Positions 1 through 9,385 of a stretch of 64,000 bases of DNA are shown piece by piece. Positions within the stretch are counted from its first letter, which is position 1; every line of letters starts with the position of its first letter. The translations under genes were made by a program, and so were the position numbers. This stretch comes from an uncultured virus (IMG/VR IMGVR_UViG_3300032309_002680) (lineage: Duplodnaviria > Heunggongvirae > Uroviricota > Caudoviricetes), in the IMG/VR virus record IMGVR_UViG_3300032309_002680, one strand, 5' to 3'. The notes below the pieces were generated by a model. It worked only from the letters and a program-made list of their open reading frames with translations, ran no database searches and was not told the origin of the DNA.

Positions 1-336
1 AAAGGTGCATGGGAAATTACTTTGAGGTTAACCGAACCTAATAAGAAAATAACTATACCTGCATATACACAAATAGCAGCATTTATGCCCTTTTCCGCCG
101 CCGCACTTAATAATAGTAAAATTACCGTTAAATATAATGAAAGAATGTTAGAAGATTTTCCACCTGAAGATCAACATGCATATGTAGATAGTCAAACAGA
201 ACTTGGTAAAGGTACTGGACTTTATCGAAAAGGAATCGATCTAAGTGGCAAGAAATTAGGAGAACATGAAATATCCAAATTCACTCTCTTTTTCGACGAT
301 TCACTAGACCGAGAATATAGGAGCTATAATGTATGA
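1..336 (+). CDS. 5'-truncated DUF6065-like / dUTPase-like-fold phage protein
   Basis: Frame is open from base 1 (KGAWEITLRLTEPNKKITIPAYTQIAAFMPFS). This resembles the 'I..GTP..Q..PF' motif of the ORFs at 15190 and 16579. Confidence 0.45.
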   Translation, partial: KGAWEITLRLTEPNKKITIPAYTQIAAFMPFSAAALNNSKITVKYNERMLEDFPPEDQHAYVDSQTELGKGTGLYRKGIDLSGKKLGEHEISKFTLFFDDSLDREYRSYNV

Positions 337-1081
337 ATATAATCAAATAATAATTAATTCTATGCCTAGGAGTGGTTCTACTTGGGCGCAATACCTACTA
401 GCAAAAAGTATTAATCGTAGAGAGGGAGACCCTCTAGATTCTGACATAAATTCAATTAATACCAGCCCTATCCCAGACGGCAAGAACTTTGTTATGAGAT
501 GCAATAATATAATCGGTTTATATGGATTGTATGCTCCAATAAAACAAATGACTATTATTAGAGATCCAAGAGACATAATTCCTTCAGTTATAACTAAAAC
601 ATATGGAGGTGCAGGAGATACAGTGTCTGCTGGGGTGGTTATTCCTGCAGAGATACCTAACATTAATATAGATGATCAGATTTACGCACAAATACAGATA
701 TACAAGGGGTATGCGTCAGCAACTTTAGAAAATTTTAAAAATCTTAATGTTTTTACTTTTGATCAGGTCACAAAAGACATAAATTTTTTTACAAAGACAA
801 TGCTTGGAGAAGACTTAGCTCTTTCAAATGAAGATTACAGTAAATTTTTAGAAAAAGCAAGAAAAGAAATAAGAGTGCATGCTTTGTCTCACCCAGGATA
901 CACTAATGCCGTGCCAGAAAAAAAACCTGGAATTTACGATAAGATTAAGTTTGTATACAAGCTTAAAGAACATTCAGAAGCTTTAGAAAAACATTTTGAA
1001 GAAATTGAAGATCTCTATAATGAAGTTACGAATATGTGTAAACAATTTGAAAATGATTTTAAGGCGTCTAAATCCTCTTAA
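329..1081 (+). CDS. Sulfotransferase-family protein
   Basis: 5'-PSB loop MPRSGSTW near the N-terminus and a 3'-PB-like motif IIRDPRDIIPS. Confidence 0.7.
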   Translation: MYEYNQIIINSMPRSGSTWAQYLLAKSINRREGDPLDSDINSINTSPIPDGKNFVMRCNNIIGLYGLYAPIKQMTIIRDPRDIIPSVITKTYGGAGDTVSAGVVIPAEIPNINIDDQIYAQIQIYKGYASATLENFKNLNVFTFDQVTKDINFFTKTMLGEDLALSNEDYSKFLEKARKEIRVHALSHPGYTNAVPEKKPGIYDKIKFVYKLKEHSEALEKHFEEIEDLYNEVTNMCKQFENDFKASKSS

Positions 1082-1167
1082 TGGCACTCCTAGACCAAAT
1101 ATGTGTGAAATTGTCTTAAAATGACTCTCAGGGGCCTAAAATGGATAATCTGCAGGTTTAGGTAAAG

Positions 1168-1329
1168 TTATTTTCTAAATAATTTTTTAAATTTATACTT
1201 GAATAATTTAAATTTTATATACATGTTGTATTCAACGTCCCCTGGCTGATAGTTTTTACCAGAAAAATGATACCAATTGCCTTCAGAAGAGGGGCTGTTA
1301 GTAAATTTAGAAAAATATCTTGGGCTCAT
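1168..1329 (-). CDS. Small hypothetical protein, 53 aa (MSPRYFSKF...KKLFRK)
   Basis: Read by hand. ATG at 1329 lies 6 nt after a TATAAT box (1341-1336); TAA at 1170-1168. Below the ORF-track cut-off. Confidence 0.6.
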   Translation of the reverse strand: MSPRYFSKFTNSPSSEGNWYHFSGKNYQPGDVEYNMYIKFKLFKYKFKKLFRK

Positions 1330-1351
1330 AATCTAATTATACACCTTATTA

Positions 1352-1390
1352 AAATATAAACCCAGACAGAGGCGGGTCCGTCTGGGTTTA
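1352..1390 (-). terminator. Intrinsic terminator-like hairpin
   Basis: 11-bp inverted repeat at 1357-1367 / 1380-1390, followed on the minus strand by TATTTT. Confidence 0.6.
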
Positions 1391-1434
1391 ATGCATTCTA
1401 AAAGAACGCAACTGCAAACCATAAGTTTGCATCT
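1352..1434 (-). ncRNA. Candidate ~80-nt three-hairpin small RNA
   Basis: Lies downstream of a TTGACT-17-TACTAT promoter. Hairpins: TGCAAAC/GTTTGCA, TGCGTTCT/AGAATGCA and terminator-like TAAACCCAGAC/GTCTGGGTTTA followed by a T-rich tail. Confidence 0.45.
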
Positions 1435-1439
1435 ATGCA

Positions 1440-1468
1440 ATAGTAAAATATTTTAATTTATAAGTCAA
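1440..1468 (-). promoter_or_regulatory. Sigma70-type promoter
   Basis: TTGACT (1468-1463), 17-nt spacer, TACTAT (1445-1440). Confidence 0.6.
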
Positions 1469-2900
1469 TAGGTTTAATTGTAGCTTTTATTTTTCTTAAA
1501 GGTCTGTATGAAACGTGTGATTGACCACCTGGATTCTTTTTCTTTGTCTTTAAATCAAAGTTTGCAAATATATTTAATAAAATTACTTTCATCTCTAACA
1601 TGGCAAACATATCTCCTATGCATTTCCTAGACCCCATTCCAAATGGAAAGTATGATCCTCTTGGGAGATTAGATTCAAAATCTTTAGTCCATCTTTCTGG
1701 CATAAATTTTTCTGGGTTTTCGTATATTTTTGGATTATTATGGATTGGGTAAGAGCTTAAGACAATATTGGCTCCTTGTGGAAAAAAATGACCATCAATA
1801 ATAGAATCTTTCTTGCAAAATCTTGGCTGTATCCAAAGAGGAGGAAAAATTCGTAATGTTTCTTTAATTACAGATGAACAAATTTCTGCATTAGATACTA
1901 GCTCTATAAAATTATCATCATTTCTTTTTGAAAGGATTTGCTGTGATTCTTTTTTCATAAGATCAAGATATTTAGGATTGTCGTTTATGTTGCATATTGC
2001 AAAAGCTAAGGTGTTAGCAGTAGTTTCAAAGCCAGCTAGCAAAAGTGTAAGTATTTCATTGTTTATGTCTGATAAAGATAAATTGCTTTCTGGATCTTGA
2101 TATGATTTTATAAAAACATTTAAAAGGTCATCTGAATCTACAGGGTTTGCAATTCTTTCATCAATAGTTGTTTTAACAAAATTAAAAAGCTCTATTGAAG
2201 ATTCTCTAAATTGTTTAAATATTGGTAGGTTGGAATGATCAAATCTGTGCAGTAACGGGGACACGGTTCTTTCGGCATTTGCTACACAAATATCCATGTG
2301 TTTTTTTATAAAAGCGGTTTTTTCTTTAAAATCAATACCAAATAAAGATTGACAAACTATTTCTAAAGTTAAGTTGACCATTTCAGTGTGCACTTCTATA
2401 TATTTATTATTCTTCCACTCAGACATTCTGTTTTCAGACTTAATACACATGATATCAAAGTAATCTTTTTGTATTTTTTTATAGCTTAAGCTTGGCTGTG
2501 CAATAGCCCTTCTTTCAGTATGAGTAGGCTCTTCCAAGGTAAGCATTCCTTCGCCACCAAATTTTCTAATTCTGTTCCAGGCCCTACCTTTTGAAAAATT
2601 ATTTTTTTGAGCCACGGATATTTGGTAGGCAGCTTCTGGAGAAAATGCTGCAATAAAAAGTTCGTTATTTACAAAAAAAGAAAAAACTTCTCCATGTTTT
2701 TTTGACATTTTTAATAAATTTTTTGCTCTGTTTCCTTGTTTTATATGGTAATTAGATTTCAGTTTTATTATTTTTGGTATTTTTTTTAATAAATTTCTTT
2801 TTTCTAAAGTTTTTAAATTCATTGGTTTTAAATAGAACATGTGTTTTGAAAAATAAAAAAATGGAGGAATATTTAGCTGATTTTTTTTAGACATCTTCAT
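1458..2900 (-). CDS. Cytochrome P450
   Basis: I-helix AGFETTA, K-helix ETLR, meander PERW, haem-binding FGMGSRKCIG; about 480 aa. Confidence 0.95.
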   Translation of the reverse strand: MKMSKKNQLNIPPFFYFSKHMFYLKPMNLKTLEKRNLLKKIPKIIKLKSNYHIKQGNRAKNLLKMSKKHGEVFSFFVNNELFIAAFSPEAAYQISVAQKNNFSKGRAWNRIRKFGGEGMLTLEEPTHTERRAIAQPSLSYKKIQKDYFDIMCIKSENRMSEWKNNKYIEVHTEMVNLTLEIVCQSLFGIDFKEKTAFIKKHMDICVANAERTVSPLLHRFDHSNLPIFKQFRESSIELFNFVKTTIDERIANPVDSDDLLNVFIKSYQDPESNLSLSDINNEILTLLLAGFETTANTLAFAICNINDNPKYLDLMKKESQQILSKRNDDNFIELVSNAEICSSVIKETLRIFPPLWIQPRFCKKDSIIDGHFFPQGANIVLSSYPIHNNPKIYENPEKFMPERWTKDFESNLPRGSYFPFGMGSRKCIGDMFAMLEMKVILLNIFANFDLKTKKKNPGGQSHVSYRPLRKIKATIKPIDL

Positions 2901-3102
2901 TACTATCTACAGAAGTAAAAGAAGGAACGGGTCCAAGCAAAAAACCTTTTTCGTGATAGTCAATCATTTTTTGAACTTCTTCTGGCTCAGCAACTGATTT
3001 CGATATTAGAACTAATAAATCATATATCCTGTGCAACATAATATAATTAACCATTGGAAGGTTATCTTCTAAGTTTTGAGAAGGCTCTTTTTCTTCATTC
3101 AT
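2887..3102 (-). CDS. Hypothetical protein
   Basis: 71-aa ORF overlapping both neighbours in the minus-strand run. Confidence 0.65.
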   Translation of the reverse strand: MNEEKEPSQNLEDNLPMVNYIMLHRIYDLLVLISKSVAEPEEVQKMIDYHEKGFLLGPVPSFTSVDSNEDV

Positions 3103-3277
3103 TGGGTCTACCTATGTCTAGCCAAAATATTTCTCGACCCATAGAGTCTGTTTCTTTTATTTGACCACCGTCAGTAGGAACCTCTTGATTTAACAAGTTT
3201 TTCAATAGACTCATAACGGTTACTCCCAATTGTTGTTTTATAACTGCAAGAAAGGCAGTATAAATATATTCTATCAT
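3095..3277 (-). CDS. Small hypothetical protein (true start possibly ATG 3214)
   Basis: ORF bridges 3171-3389 and 2887-3102; start uncertain. Confidence 0.4.
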   Translation of the reverse strand: MIEYIYTAFLAVIKQQLGVTVMSLLKNLLNQEVPTDGGQIKETDSMGREIFWLDIGRPNE

Positions 3278-3389
3278 TTAAATCTACATTAGGCATAAGA
3301 AAGCCTTGATCCATGGGACATTCAAGTCTAGGAACAAGGCCTTCTTCCGATAGGGCTATATATTTAGATACGATTTGTATCTTTTTCAA
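3171..3389 (-). CDS. Small Zn-ribbon-like protein
   Basis: CPMD...CLSC motif; AGGAG RBS upstream. Confidence 0.6.
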   Translation of the reverse strand: MKKIQIVSKYIALSEEGLVPRLECPMDQGFLMPNVDLNDRIYLYCLSCSYKTTIGSNRYESIEKLVKSRGSY

Positions 3390-3398
3390 TATGGCTCC

Positions 3399-3956
3399 TT
3401 ATTGTTTAGGGAAATCTTTTACAATATCCTGGGCTTTGCCTGTCGAAGCAGACCATGATGACCAATCTTTACCGCCCTTAGTCATAAAATACGTTATCTC
3501 TGCGTTTGTTACTGGATCAAATAATTCCTTATTTGAAACTAAATTAAATTTTTCTAATCTGTCTACGCCAAGTTCCCCTAGCATATTAATTTGAAAAATT
3601 CCGTAAGATTTATCTCCAGTCGATTTGTTATCGTTTAGAGCAAGCGGTCTCCCGTTTGATTCTACCCTTGCAAAAGACCAAGCTGTTTTTAAACTAGCTC
3701 CTTCAAATCCAACAGCCCACAGCAAATCTTTTAAATCTTCTGGGGTAAGCATTTGAGAGTGCTTATAAGTTTCATTGCTGAACTTATCTAGTATTTCTCT
3801 TTTTAGTTGTTTTTCAGTTTTTTGTATTTCTACAGTTAAAGCTTGAGAAGCCGTAGGCCCTGGTTGGACGGAAAATAAAAATAGTACTACTACTCCTATT
3901 GCCATCCAGTTATGGACTACATCACTCAAACGTTCTTTAATTTTCTCCATTGGCAT
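3399..3956 (-). CDS. Lysozyme-like / lytic transglycosylase with N-terminal hydrophobic segment
   Basis: Catalytic-Glu motif ARVESNG, SYGIFQIN, LFDPVTNA, WSSWS; AAGGAGG RBS. Confidence 0.8.
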   Translation of the reverse strand: MPMEKIKERLSDVVHNWMAIGVVVLFLFSVQPGPTASQALTVEIQKTEKQLKREILDKFSNETYKHSQMLTPEDLKDLLWAVGFEGASLKTAWSFARVESNGRPLALNDNKSTGDKSYGIFQINMLGELGVDRLEKFNLVSNKELFDPVTNAEITYFMTKGGKDWSSWSASTGKAQDIVKDFPKQ

Positions 3957-3982
3957 TCCTCCTTTAGAGATAACGAACTATA

Positions 3983-4012
3983 ATAATACCATTAGAAACA
4001 AGAATAAGTCAA
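3983..4012 (-). promoter_or_regulatory. Promoter for the minus-strand block
   Basis: TTGACT-18 nt-TATTAT with TGG immediately before the -10 box. Confidence 0.5.
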
Positions 4013-4208
4013 TCTAGTCAACTAGTATTTTTTGTGTAAAGTACTGATTTAGCGTTTATATATAACTATTTAAGTTATTAAACATTGTTTTAGTTGAGTA
4101 ATAATAATTTTTTAAAAAATTTATAAACACTTCTTTTTATAAATAAAGTTTGATACACTTAGACCTCATCCAAAAATAATTAAACGCTAAGCGAAGAAAA
4201 AGGTATAT

Positions 4209-6143
4209 ATGTCAAAAATTATTGAAAACCCATATGAAAATTTTATTGCATTGTCTCGTTATGCAAGATGGATCTCAGAAGAAAACCGTCGTGAGACATG
4301 GGCAGAAACAGTAGATAGATATTTTGACTACATGGTAAAGTATCTTAAAGACAACAATGGCTACGTCCCAGAACCAAATTTATTAAAAGAATTAAAAGAA
4401 TCTGTTTACAATCGTGATGTAATGCCATCAATGAGATCTGTAATGACAGCAGGACCTGCTTTAGATAGAGACCATGTTGCAGGATATAACTGTTCGTTTA
4501 TACCAGTAGATTCTCCACGATCATTTGATGAGACAATGTATATACTTATGTGTGGAACTGGAGTAGGATTTTCCGTTGAGTATAAATACATTAATAAACT
4601 TCCAGCTATTCCAGAGTCTTTTGAAAAATCTACAACAGTAATTATTGTTGAAGATTCTAAGTCTGGTTGGGCAAAAGCGTTTCGTGAACTTTTAGCCCTT
4701 CTTTGGTCTGGTCAAGTTCCTTCAATTGATGTAAGCAAACTTCGTCCCGCTGGCGCAAGACTTAAGACTATGGGCGGTAGGTCATCAGGACCACAGCCAT
4801 TAGTTAACTTGTTTGATTTTACAATTGCAAAATTTAAATCTGCAGCAGGTAGATCCTTTAAACCAATTGAGGCACATGACATTATGTGTAAGATTGGAGA
4901 AATTGTAGTAGTTGGTGGAGTTAGAAGGTCTGCATTAATTTCTCTTTCTAATATTAATGATATTGAAATGGCACAAGCAAAAACTGGTAATTGGTGGGAG
5001 CATAATGGACAACGTGCTCTTTCAAACAACTCTGTTGCGTATTCTCGTAAACCAGAGATGGAGCAATTTATTGCAGAATGGAAATCTTTATATGATTCAA
5101 AATCAGGAGAACGAGGTATATACAATGTGGCCGCAGCTCAAGCGCAGGCAGCCAAGTATGGAAGAAGAGATCCAAATATACACTACGGAACTAACCCTTG
5201 TTCAGAAATTATTTTACGTCCTTATCAGTTTTGTAATCTTTCAGAAGTCGTACTACGTGAAAAAGATACAAAAAAAGATATTGAGCGTAAAGTAGAACTA
5301 GCAACAATTCTTGGAACATGGCAGTCTACTTTTACTAATTTTAAGTACCTTCGTAAAATTTGGAAAGATAACACAGAAGAGGAAAGATTACTAGGGGTAT
5401 CTCTGACTGGACAATTTGGTCATCAGTTTATGTCTGGAAAAGAAGACTTGGTGTCTTTAGAAGCATTTTTAATGACTCTTAGAGAAAAAGCTAGAGAGAC
5501 AAATAAAAAAGAGGCAGGAAATCTTGGAATTCCAGAGTCTGCTGCTATTACATGTGTAAAGCCATCGGGAACAGTATCTCAACTAGTTGGAGTATCTTCA
5601 GGAATGCATGCTTGGCATTCTCCGTATTACATTAGAACAGTTCGTGGCTCAAAAGGAGACCCAATATCTACATTTTTAAAAGAAGTTGGAATTCCAGTAG
5701 AGGATGACGTTATGAAGCCAAACGACACCTATGTATTTTCGTTTCCAATGAAAGCTCCAGACGGGGCTGTGGTTAGAAAAGATTTGACGGCAATCGAACA
5801 CTTAAATATTTGGTTAGTTTACCAACGTGCATGGTGTGAGCATAAGCCATCTATCACAGTTTCAGTAAAAGAAGATGAATGGATGGAAGTAGGAGCTTGG
5901 GTATATAAAAACTTTGATGAAGTTTCTGGTATATCTTTTTTGCCCATGTCTGATCATTCATACAAGCAGGCTCCGTACCAAGAAGTTTCTAAATTAGAAT
6001 ACGAAGACCTGGTTGCAAAAATGCCTAAAGAAATTAGATGGGCAGACTTGTATTTTTACGAAACAGAAGATGGCACATCTACAAATGCCACTCTTGCCTG
6101 TAGCTCAGACGGAAACTGCGAGCTAGTAGATATTTCTTCATGA
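4209..6143 (+). CDS. nrdJ: Class II (adenosylcobalamin-dependent) ribonucleotide reductase
   Basis: PSMRS, YNCSF, GGVRRSA, TNPCSE, KPSGTVS and a C-terminal Cys pair; no small-subunit gene nearby. Confidence 0.92.
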   Translation: MSKIIENPYENFIALSRYARWISEENRRETWAETVDRYFDYMVKYLKDNNGYVPEPNLLKELKESVYNRDVMPSMRSVMTAGPALDRDHVAGYNCSFIPVDSPRSFDETMYILMCGTGVGFSVEYKYINKLPAIPESFEKSTTVIIVEDSKSGWAKAFRELLALLWSGQVPSIDVSKLRPAGARLKTMGGRSSGPQPLVNLFDFTIAKFKSAAGRSFKPIEAHDIMCKIGEIVVVGGVRRSALISLSNINDIEMAQAKTGNWWEHNGQRALSNNSVAYSRKPEMEQFIAEWKSLYDSKSGERGIYNVAAAQAQAAKYGRRDPNIHYGTNPCSEIILRPYQFCNLSEVVLREKDTKKDIERKVELATILGTWQSTFTNFKYLRKIWKDNTEEERLLGVSLTGQFGHQFMSGKEDLVSLEAFLMTLREKARETNKKEAGNLGIPESAAITCVKPSGTVSQLVGVSSGMHAWHSPYYIRTVRGSKGDPISTFLKEVGIPVEDDVMKPNDTYVFSFPMKAPDGAVVRKDLTAIEHLNIWLVYQRAWCEHKPSITVSVKEDEWMEVGAWVYKNFDEVSGISFLPMSDHSYKQAPYQEVSKLEYEDLVAKMPKEIRWADLYFYETEDGTSTNATLACSSDGNCELVDISS

Positions 6144-6303
6144 GGCTAGATTCTAAGACATCTTACAAGATTTTTTTAGAAAATACTGTTCCTAAAAATA
6201 ATTTTTATATTATGCCCGAAATCATTTTCAACCTATCTGCTATATATATAGTAAACAGCCTAATTCTACAAGGCTGGAGATCCCTAACTGGGCACTAGGC
6301 AGA

Positions 6304-6332
6304 TTGTCAATATTTATTTATGGTAGTATAAT
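6304..6332 (+). promoter_or_regulatory. Sigma70-type promoter for the holin/fibre module
   Basis: TTGTCA-17 nt-TATAAT. Confidence 0.65.
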
Positions 6333-6390
6333 GTAATTGGGGTAAAACCCAAAATTCCTGGGCGCAATGCTCAGAAATAGGAGGATCTAA

Positions 6391-6615
6391 ATGAAAAAAG
6401 ATCTTAAACAGAATGGACTATTAGAAATGCAAGAAAAAATTCTAGCAGCACTAGCAAGTTATGGTCGCCACTTTTTAGGTGCGGCAATTGCCTTGTACAT
6501 GACAGGGAACACAAACCCTAGAGACCTTATGATGGGTGGAATCGCAGCTTGTGCCCCCGTTATCTTGAAGGCGTTAAATCCAAATGAACCAGCTTTTGGA
6601 TTTACCAAGAAGTAA
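6391..6615 (+). CDS. Putative holin
   Basis: Small protein with two hydrophobic segments and a basic C-terminus; AGGAGG RBS. Confidence 0.6.
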   Translation: MKKDLKQNGLLEMQEKILAALASYGRHFLGAAIALYMTGNTNPRDLMMGGIAACAPVILKALNPNEPAFGFTKK

Positions 6616-6686
6616 ATCTTACTCGATTGGGATAGCTCCTGTGCTAAAATTGGCATAGGAGTTTTCCTATTTAGGAGTACTAGCAA

Positions 6687-7034
6687 ATGGCAGGACAAAA
6701 AAATTGGGAAGTAGATCAAAATACAACCCACACGTTTGAGGCAATTTATCAAGATCAAGATGGAAATCCCATAGATCTAACTGGCGCTTCTGCAAAAATG
6801 CAAGTCCGTGATGTAAAAGGCGGAACTAAATTAGCTTTTACCCTAACATCGCCATCTGGCGGAATTGTAATAGACCCCACTAACGGTAAGCTAACAATTA
6901 AGATGACACCAACACAAACAAGCAAGTTATTTTATCCAAAGTCATCATATGACATAATGGTTACAGATAGCAATTCAAATAAAATAAAACTACTTGAAGG
7001 CTTTATATCTCTTAGTAGATCGGTAACCATCTGA
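6687..7034 (+). CDS. Virion structural protein, BppU-N/LtfC-like beta-sandwich
   Basis: DQNTT..., PIDLTGASAKMQVR and YDI motifs typical of this domain. Confidence 0.6.
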   Translation: MAGQKNWEVDQNTTHTFEAIYQDQDGNPIDLTGASAKMQVRDVKGGTKLAFTLTSPSGGIVIDPTNGKLTIKMTPTQTSKLFYPKSSYDIMVTDSNSNKIKLLEGFISLSRSVTI

Positions 7035-7483
7035 TGCCAGAGCAAGTATTTATATCAGGAGTAAAAAATCAAGTAGTTGTTAATTCTCCAGGACCACAAG
7101 GACCTGCTGGAAGAACAATATTAAATGGCTCTGGAGCACCCTCAAATAATTTGGGTACAGCTGGAGATTTTTATTATGATATTGTAACAACAAAATTCTA
7201 TGGGCCAAAACTTAATGATTTGTCTTGGAGCAATGCTCAACAGATAACATTAGTTCAGACTCCAGGAGAATTTGCTTTTTCTAGCTCTTGGTCTTTACAA
7301 AATCTTGTTTTATCAGCAGGAGTGTATTCTATAGAAATAACACACAATCTTGGATTTAGCCCAAACGTAACAGTAAAAGCTAGTTCAGGAGATATCTTAG
7401 AAACTGAAGTAGATTACAACAGTTTAAATAAAATAACGCTGAGAATGGCTCAACCATTTTCAGGGACAGCATATCTGTCATAA
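7034..7483 (+). CDS. Fibre-associated structural protein with short collagen-like GPQGPAG stretch
   Basis: GPQGPAG, GDFYYD and ITHNLGFSPNVTV motifs. Confidence 0.55.
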   Translation: MPEQVFISGVKNQVVVNSPGPQGPAGRTILNGSGAPSNNLGTAGDFYYDIVTTKFYGPKLNDLSWSNAQQITLVQTPGEFAFSSSWSLQNLVLSAGVYSIEITHNLGFSPNVTVKASSGDILETEVDYNSLNKITLRMAQPFSGTAYLS

Positions 7484-7495
7484 AGGAGAAACAAA

Positions 7496-8467
7496 ATGGC
7501 AAGACAATTTGTAGTAAATCTTGATCTAAATAAAAATGAACTTTTAAATGCTAGAGTTCAAAATTTAGCAAGCGCACCATCGTCACCAGTATCAGGACAG
7601 ATTTATTTTAATACATCAAATAATATTTTATACTTTTTTGATGGAACAAATTGGATCTCAACTTCTGGTTCATTAGAAGTAATTCAAGACGCAATTGGTC
7701 AATATGTAGTTGGTGGGCAATCATTAACTGCCTCATACAACGACACTACTGGCGTAACAACAATAGACCTAGACAATACCGCCGTTACAGCTGGCACATA
7801 CGGTTCAATTACCAAGGTACCAACATTTACTGTTGACCAGCAAGGAAGAATAACAGCAGCAAGCGATACCAATTTAGTCATCCCGCTAGATACTCAAACA
7901 ACAGGAGATTATGTAGCAACTATCGTTGGAACAGCAAACGAAGTTACTGTTTCCCCAAATAGTGGACATACATCCGCAGTAACAATTGGATTGCCAGACA
8001 ACGTAGAAATTACTGGAAATCTGCAAGTTGGCGGAAACCTAAATGTTATTGGAACTGTTAATTCTGTAAACACAACACAGATTAATATTGAAGATAACAA
8101 GGTAAAACTTAACAGTAATGCAACAGGAGCACCAACTGTAGATGCTGGAATCGTTGTAGAAAGAGGAAGTGCCCCAGACGCAGAAATTCTTTGGGACGAA
8201 ACCTCAGATCAATGGAAACTTGGTAGCACTGGAGCACCTTACCATGCAATTGCAAGAAAATACTCAGAAACAATTGGAGATGGATCTTCAACTGTTTTTC
8301 AGGTATCTCATTTCTTAAATACAAGAGACATAGCAGTTACTGTTTATGACATATCAAGTAAAGAAGAAGTTATTGTAGATACAACACACTCAACTTTAGA
8401 TATAGTTTCAATAGGATTTGCTGTAGCACCTACGGCTAGCCAATATAGAGTTGTCGTAGTAGGCTAA
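7496..8467 (+). CDS. Fibre/appendage structural protein
   Basis: Thr/Gly/Val-rich; AGTYG...PTFTVDQQGRITAA fibre motif. Confidence 0.6.
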   Translation: MARQFVVNLDLNKNELLNARVQNLASAPSSPVSGQIYFNTSNNILYFFDGTNWISTSGSLEVIQDAIGQYVVGGQSLTASYNDTTGVTTIDLDNTAVTAGTYGSITKVPTFTVDQQGRITAASDTNLVIPLDTQTTGDYVATIVGTANEVTVSPNSGHTSAVTIGLPDNVEITGNLQVGGNLNVIGTVNSVNTTQINIEDNKVKLNSNATGAPTVDAGIVVERGSAPDAEILWDETSDQWKLGSTGAPYHAIARKYSETIGDGSSTVFQVSHFLNTRDIAVTVYDISSKEEVIVDTTHSTLDIVSIGFAVAPTASQYRVVVVG

Positions 8468-8468
8468 A

Positions 8469-8819
8469 ATGTCTAAAAAGGTTAAATCTTTATTAAACAT
8501 AGTTTCTCTTGCTTCCGACCCACAGGGAAGCATGGGAGACTTGTTTTTTAATTTAACTGACAGAGCCTTAAAGATACATGATGGAAATGGGTGGGTTTCT
8601 TTAACAAGAGATCTTTCTTTTTTGCCACACACACACGACTATGATGGCAACGTTCATACAGTAGACGTAAACGAATTAGATTTTGAAACAATAAATGAAA
8701 ATTCAATAATTGAAGAACAAAACCCTGTTATAATTGGGTATGACGGCGGAGTCCCAGACTCTCAGCTAAACATAATAAATAATGCAGTAACAATGGATGG
8801 TGGCACAATTGGCAACTAG
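8469..8819 (+). CDS. Small structural protein of the fibre module
   Basis: GDLFFN...KIHDGNGW motif; in-operon position. Confidence 0.5.
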   Translation: MSKKVKSLLNIVSLASDPQGSMGDLFFNLTDRALKIHDGNGWVSLTRDLSFLPHTHDYDGNVHTVDVNELDFETINENSIIEEQNPVIIGYDGGVPDSQLNIINNAVTMDGGTIGN

Positions 8820-9366
8820 TTTTCCAACAAGCTTAGACACTTTAACAAACCCGACAAGCACGAACAGTTTAGCAAGTCCTTCACACGCAGATCAACACAT
8901 AAATGCCAATGATGCTATTGAAGCAATTGAAGCAAAAATTGGTATAAATGGTTCTACCGATGTAAACTCAATTCAGTACAAAGTAGCAGCGGTACAGACA
9001 ACACTTTCAAGTTTGTCTAATACCACTAACGAAACAGTTACTCTTTTAGGTCTTGAAGGAAACAACGATTTAACTGTAAGTGATATAGAAAACAAAACAA
9101 CATTAGATACATTTTCAAAAACAGCTTTTAGGACAGTAAACTATCAGTTACAGCTTTCCAGAGGAAGTCTTTATGAAACATCAGACATTGTAATTCTGAA
9201 TGATGGAACTGATATAAACGTATCACAATCAAACATTATTTCTAATACAAATATTAATCTTGCAAACGTTACATTTGAAGAAAATTCAGGTATAATAGGT
9301 TTATGCGTAACTCCAACGAGTACAGCAGTTACTGCAAGATATATTAGAACAGCAATAAAAATATAA
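8797..9366 (+). CDS. Fibre-module structural protein (probable start TTG 8809)
   Basis: C-terminal domain resembles that of 9386-10684 (FRTVNYQLQ vs YRSAKLVVK). Confidence 0.55.
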   Translation: MVAQLATSFPTSLDTLTNPTSTNSLASPSHADQHINANDAIEAIEAKIGINGSTDVNSIQYKVAAVQTTLSSLSNTTNETVTLLGLEGNNDLTVSDIENKTTLDTFSKTAFRTVNYQLQLSRGSLYETSDIVILNDGTDINVSQSNIISNTNINLANVTFEENSGIIGLCVTPTSTAVTARYIRTAIKI

Positions 9367-9385
9367 GCAGTAAAAGGGGATAAAA

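Noticed and set aside
4013..4208. Replication origin in the AT-rich divergent intergenic region
   Set aside because: No iterons or DnaA-box cluster seen; divergent promoters explain it.
6140..6298. 52-aa ORF overlapping the nrdJ stop
   Set aside because: No recognisable motif or RBS; may be a chance frame in AT-rich DNA.
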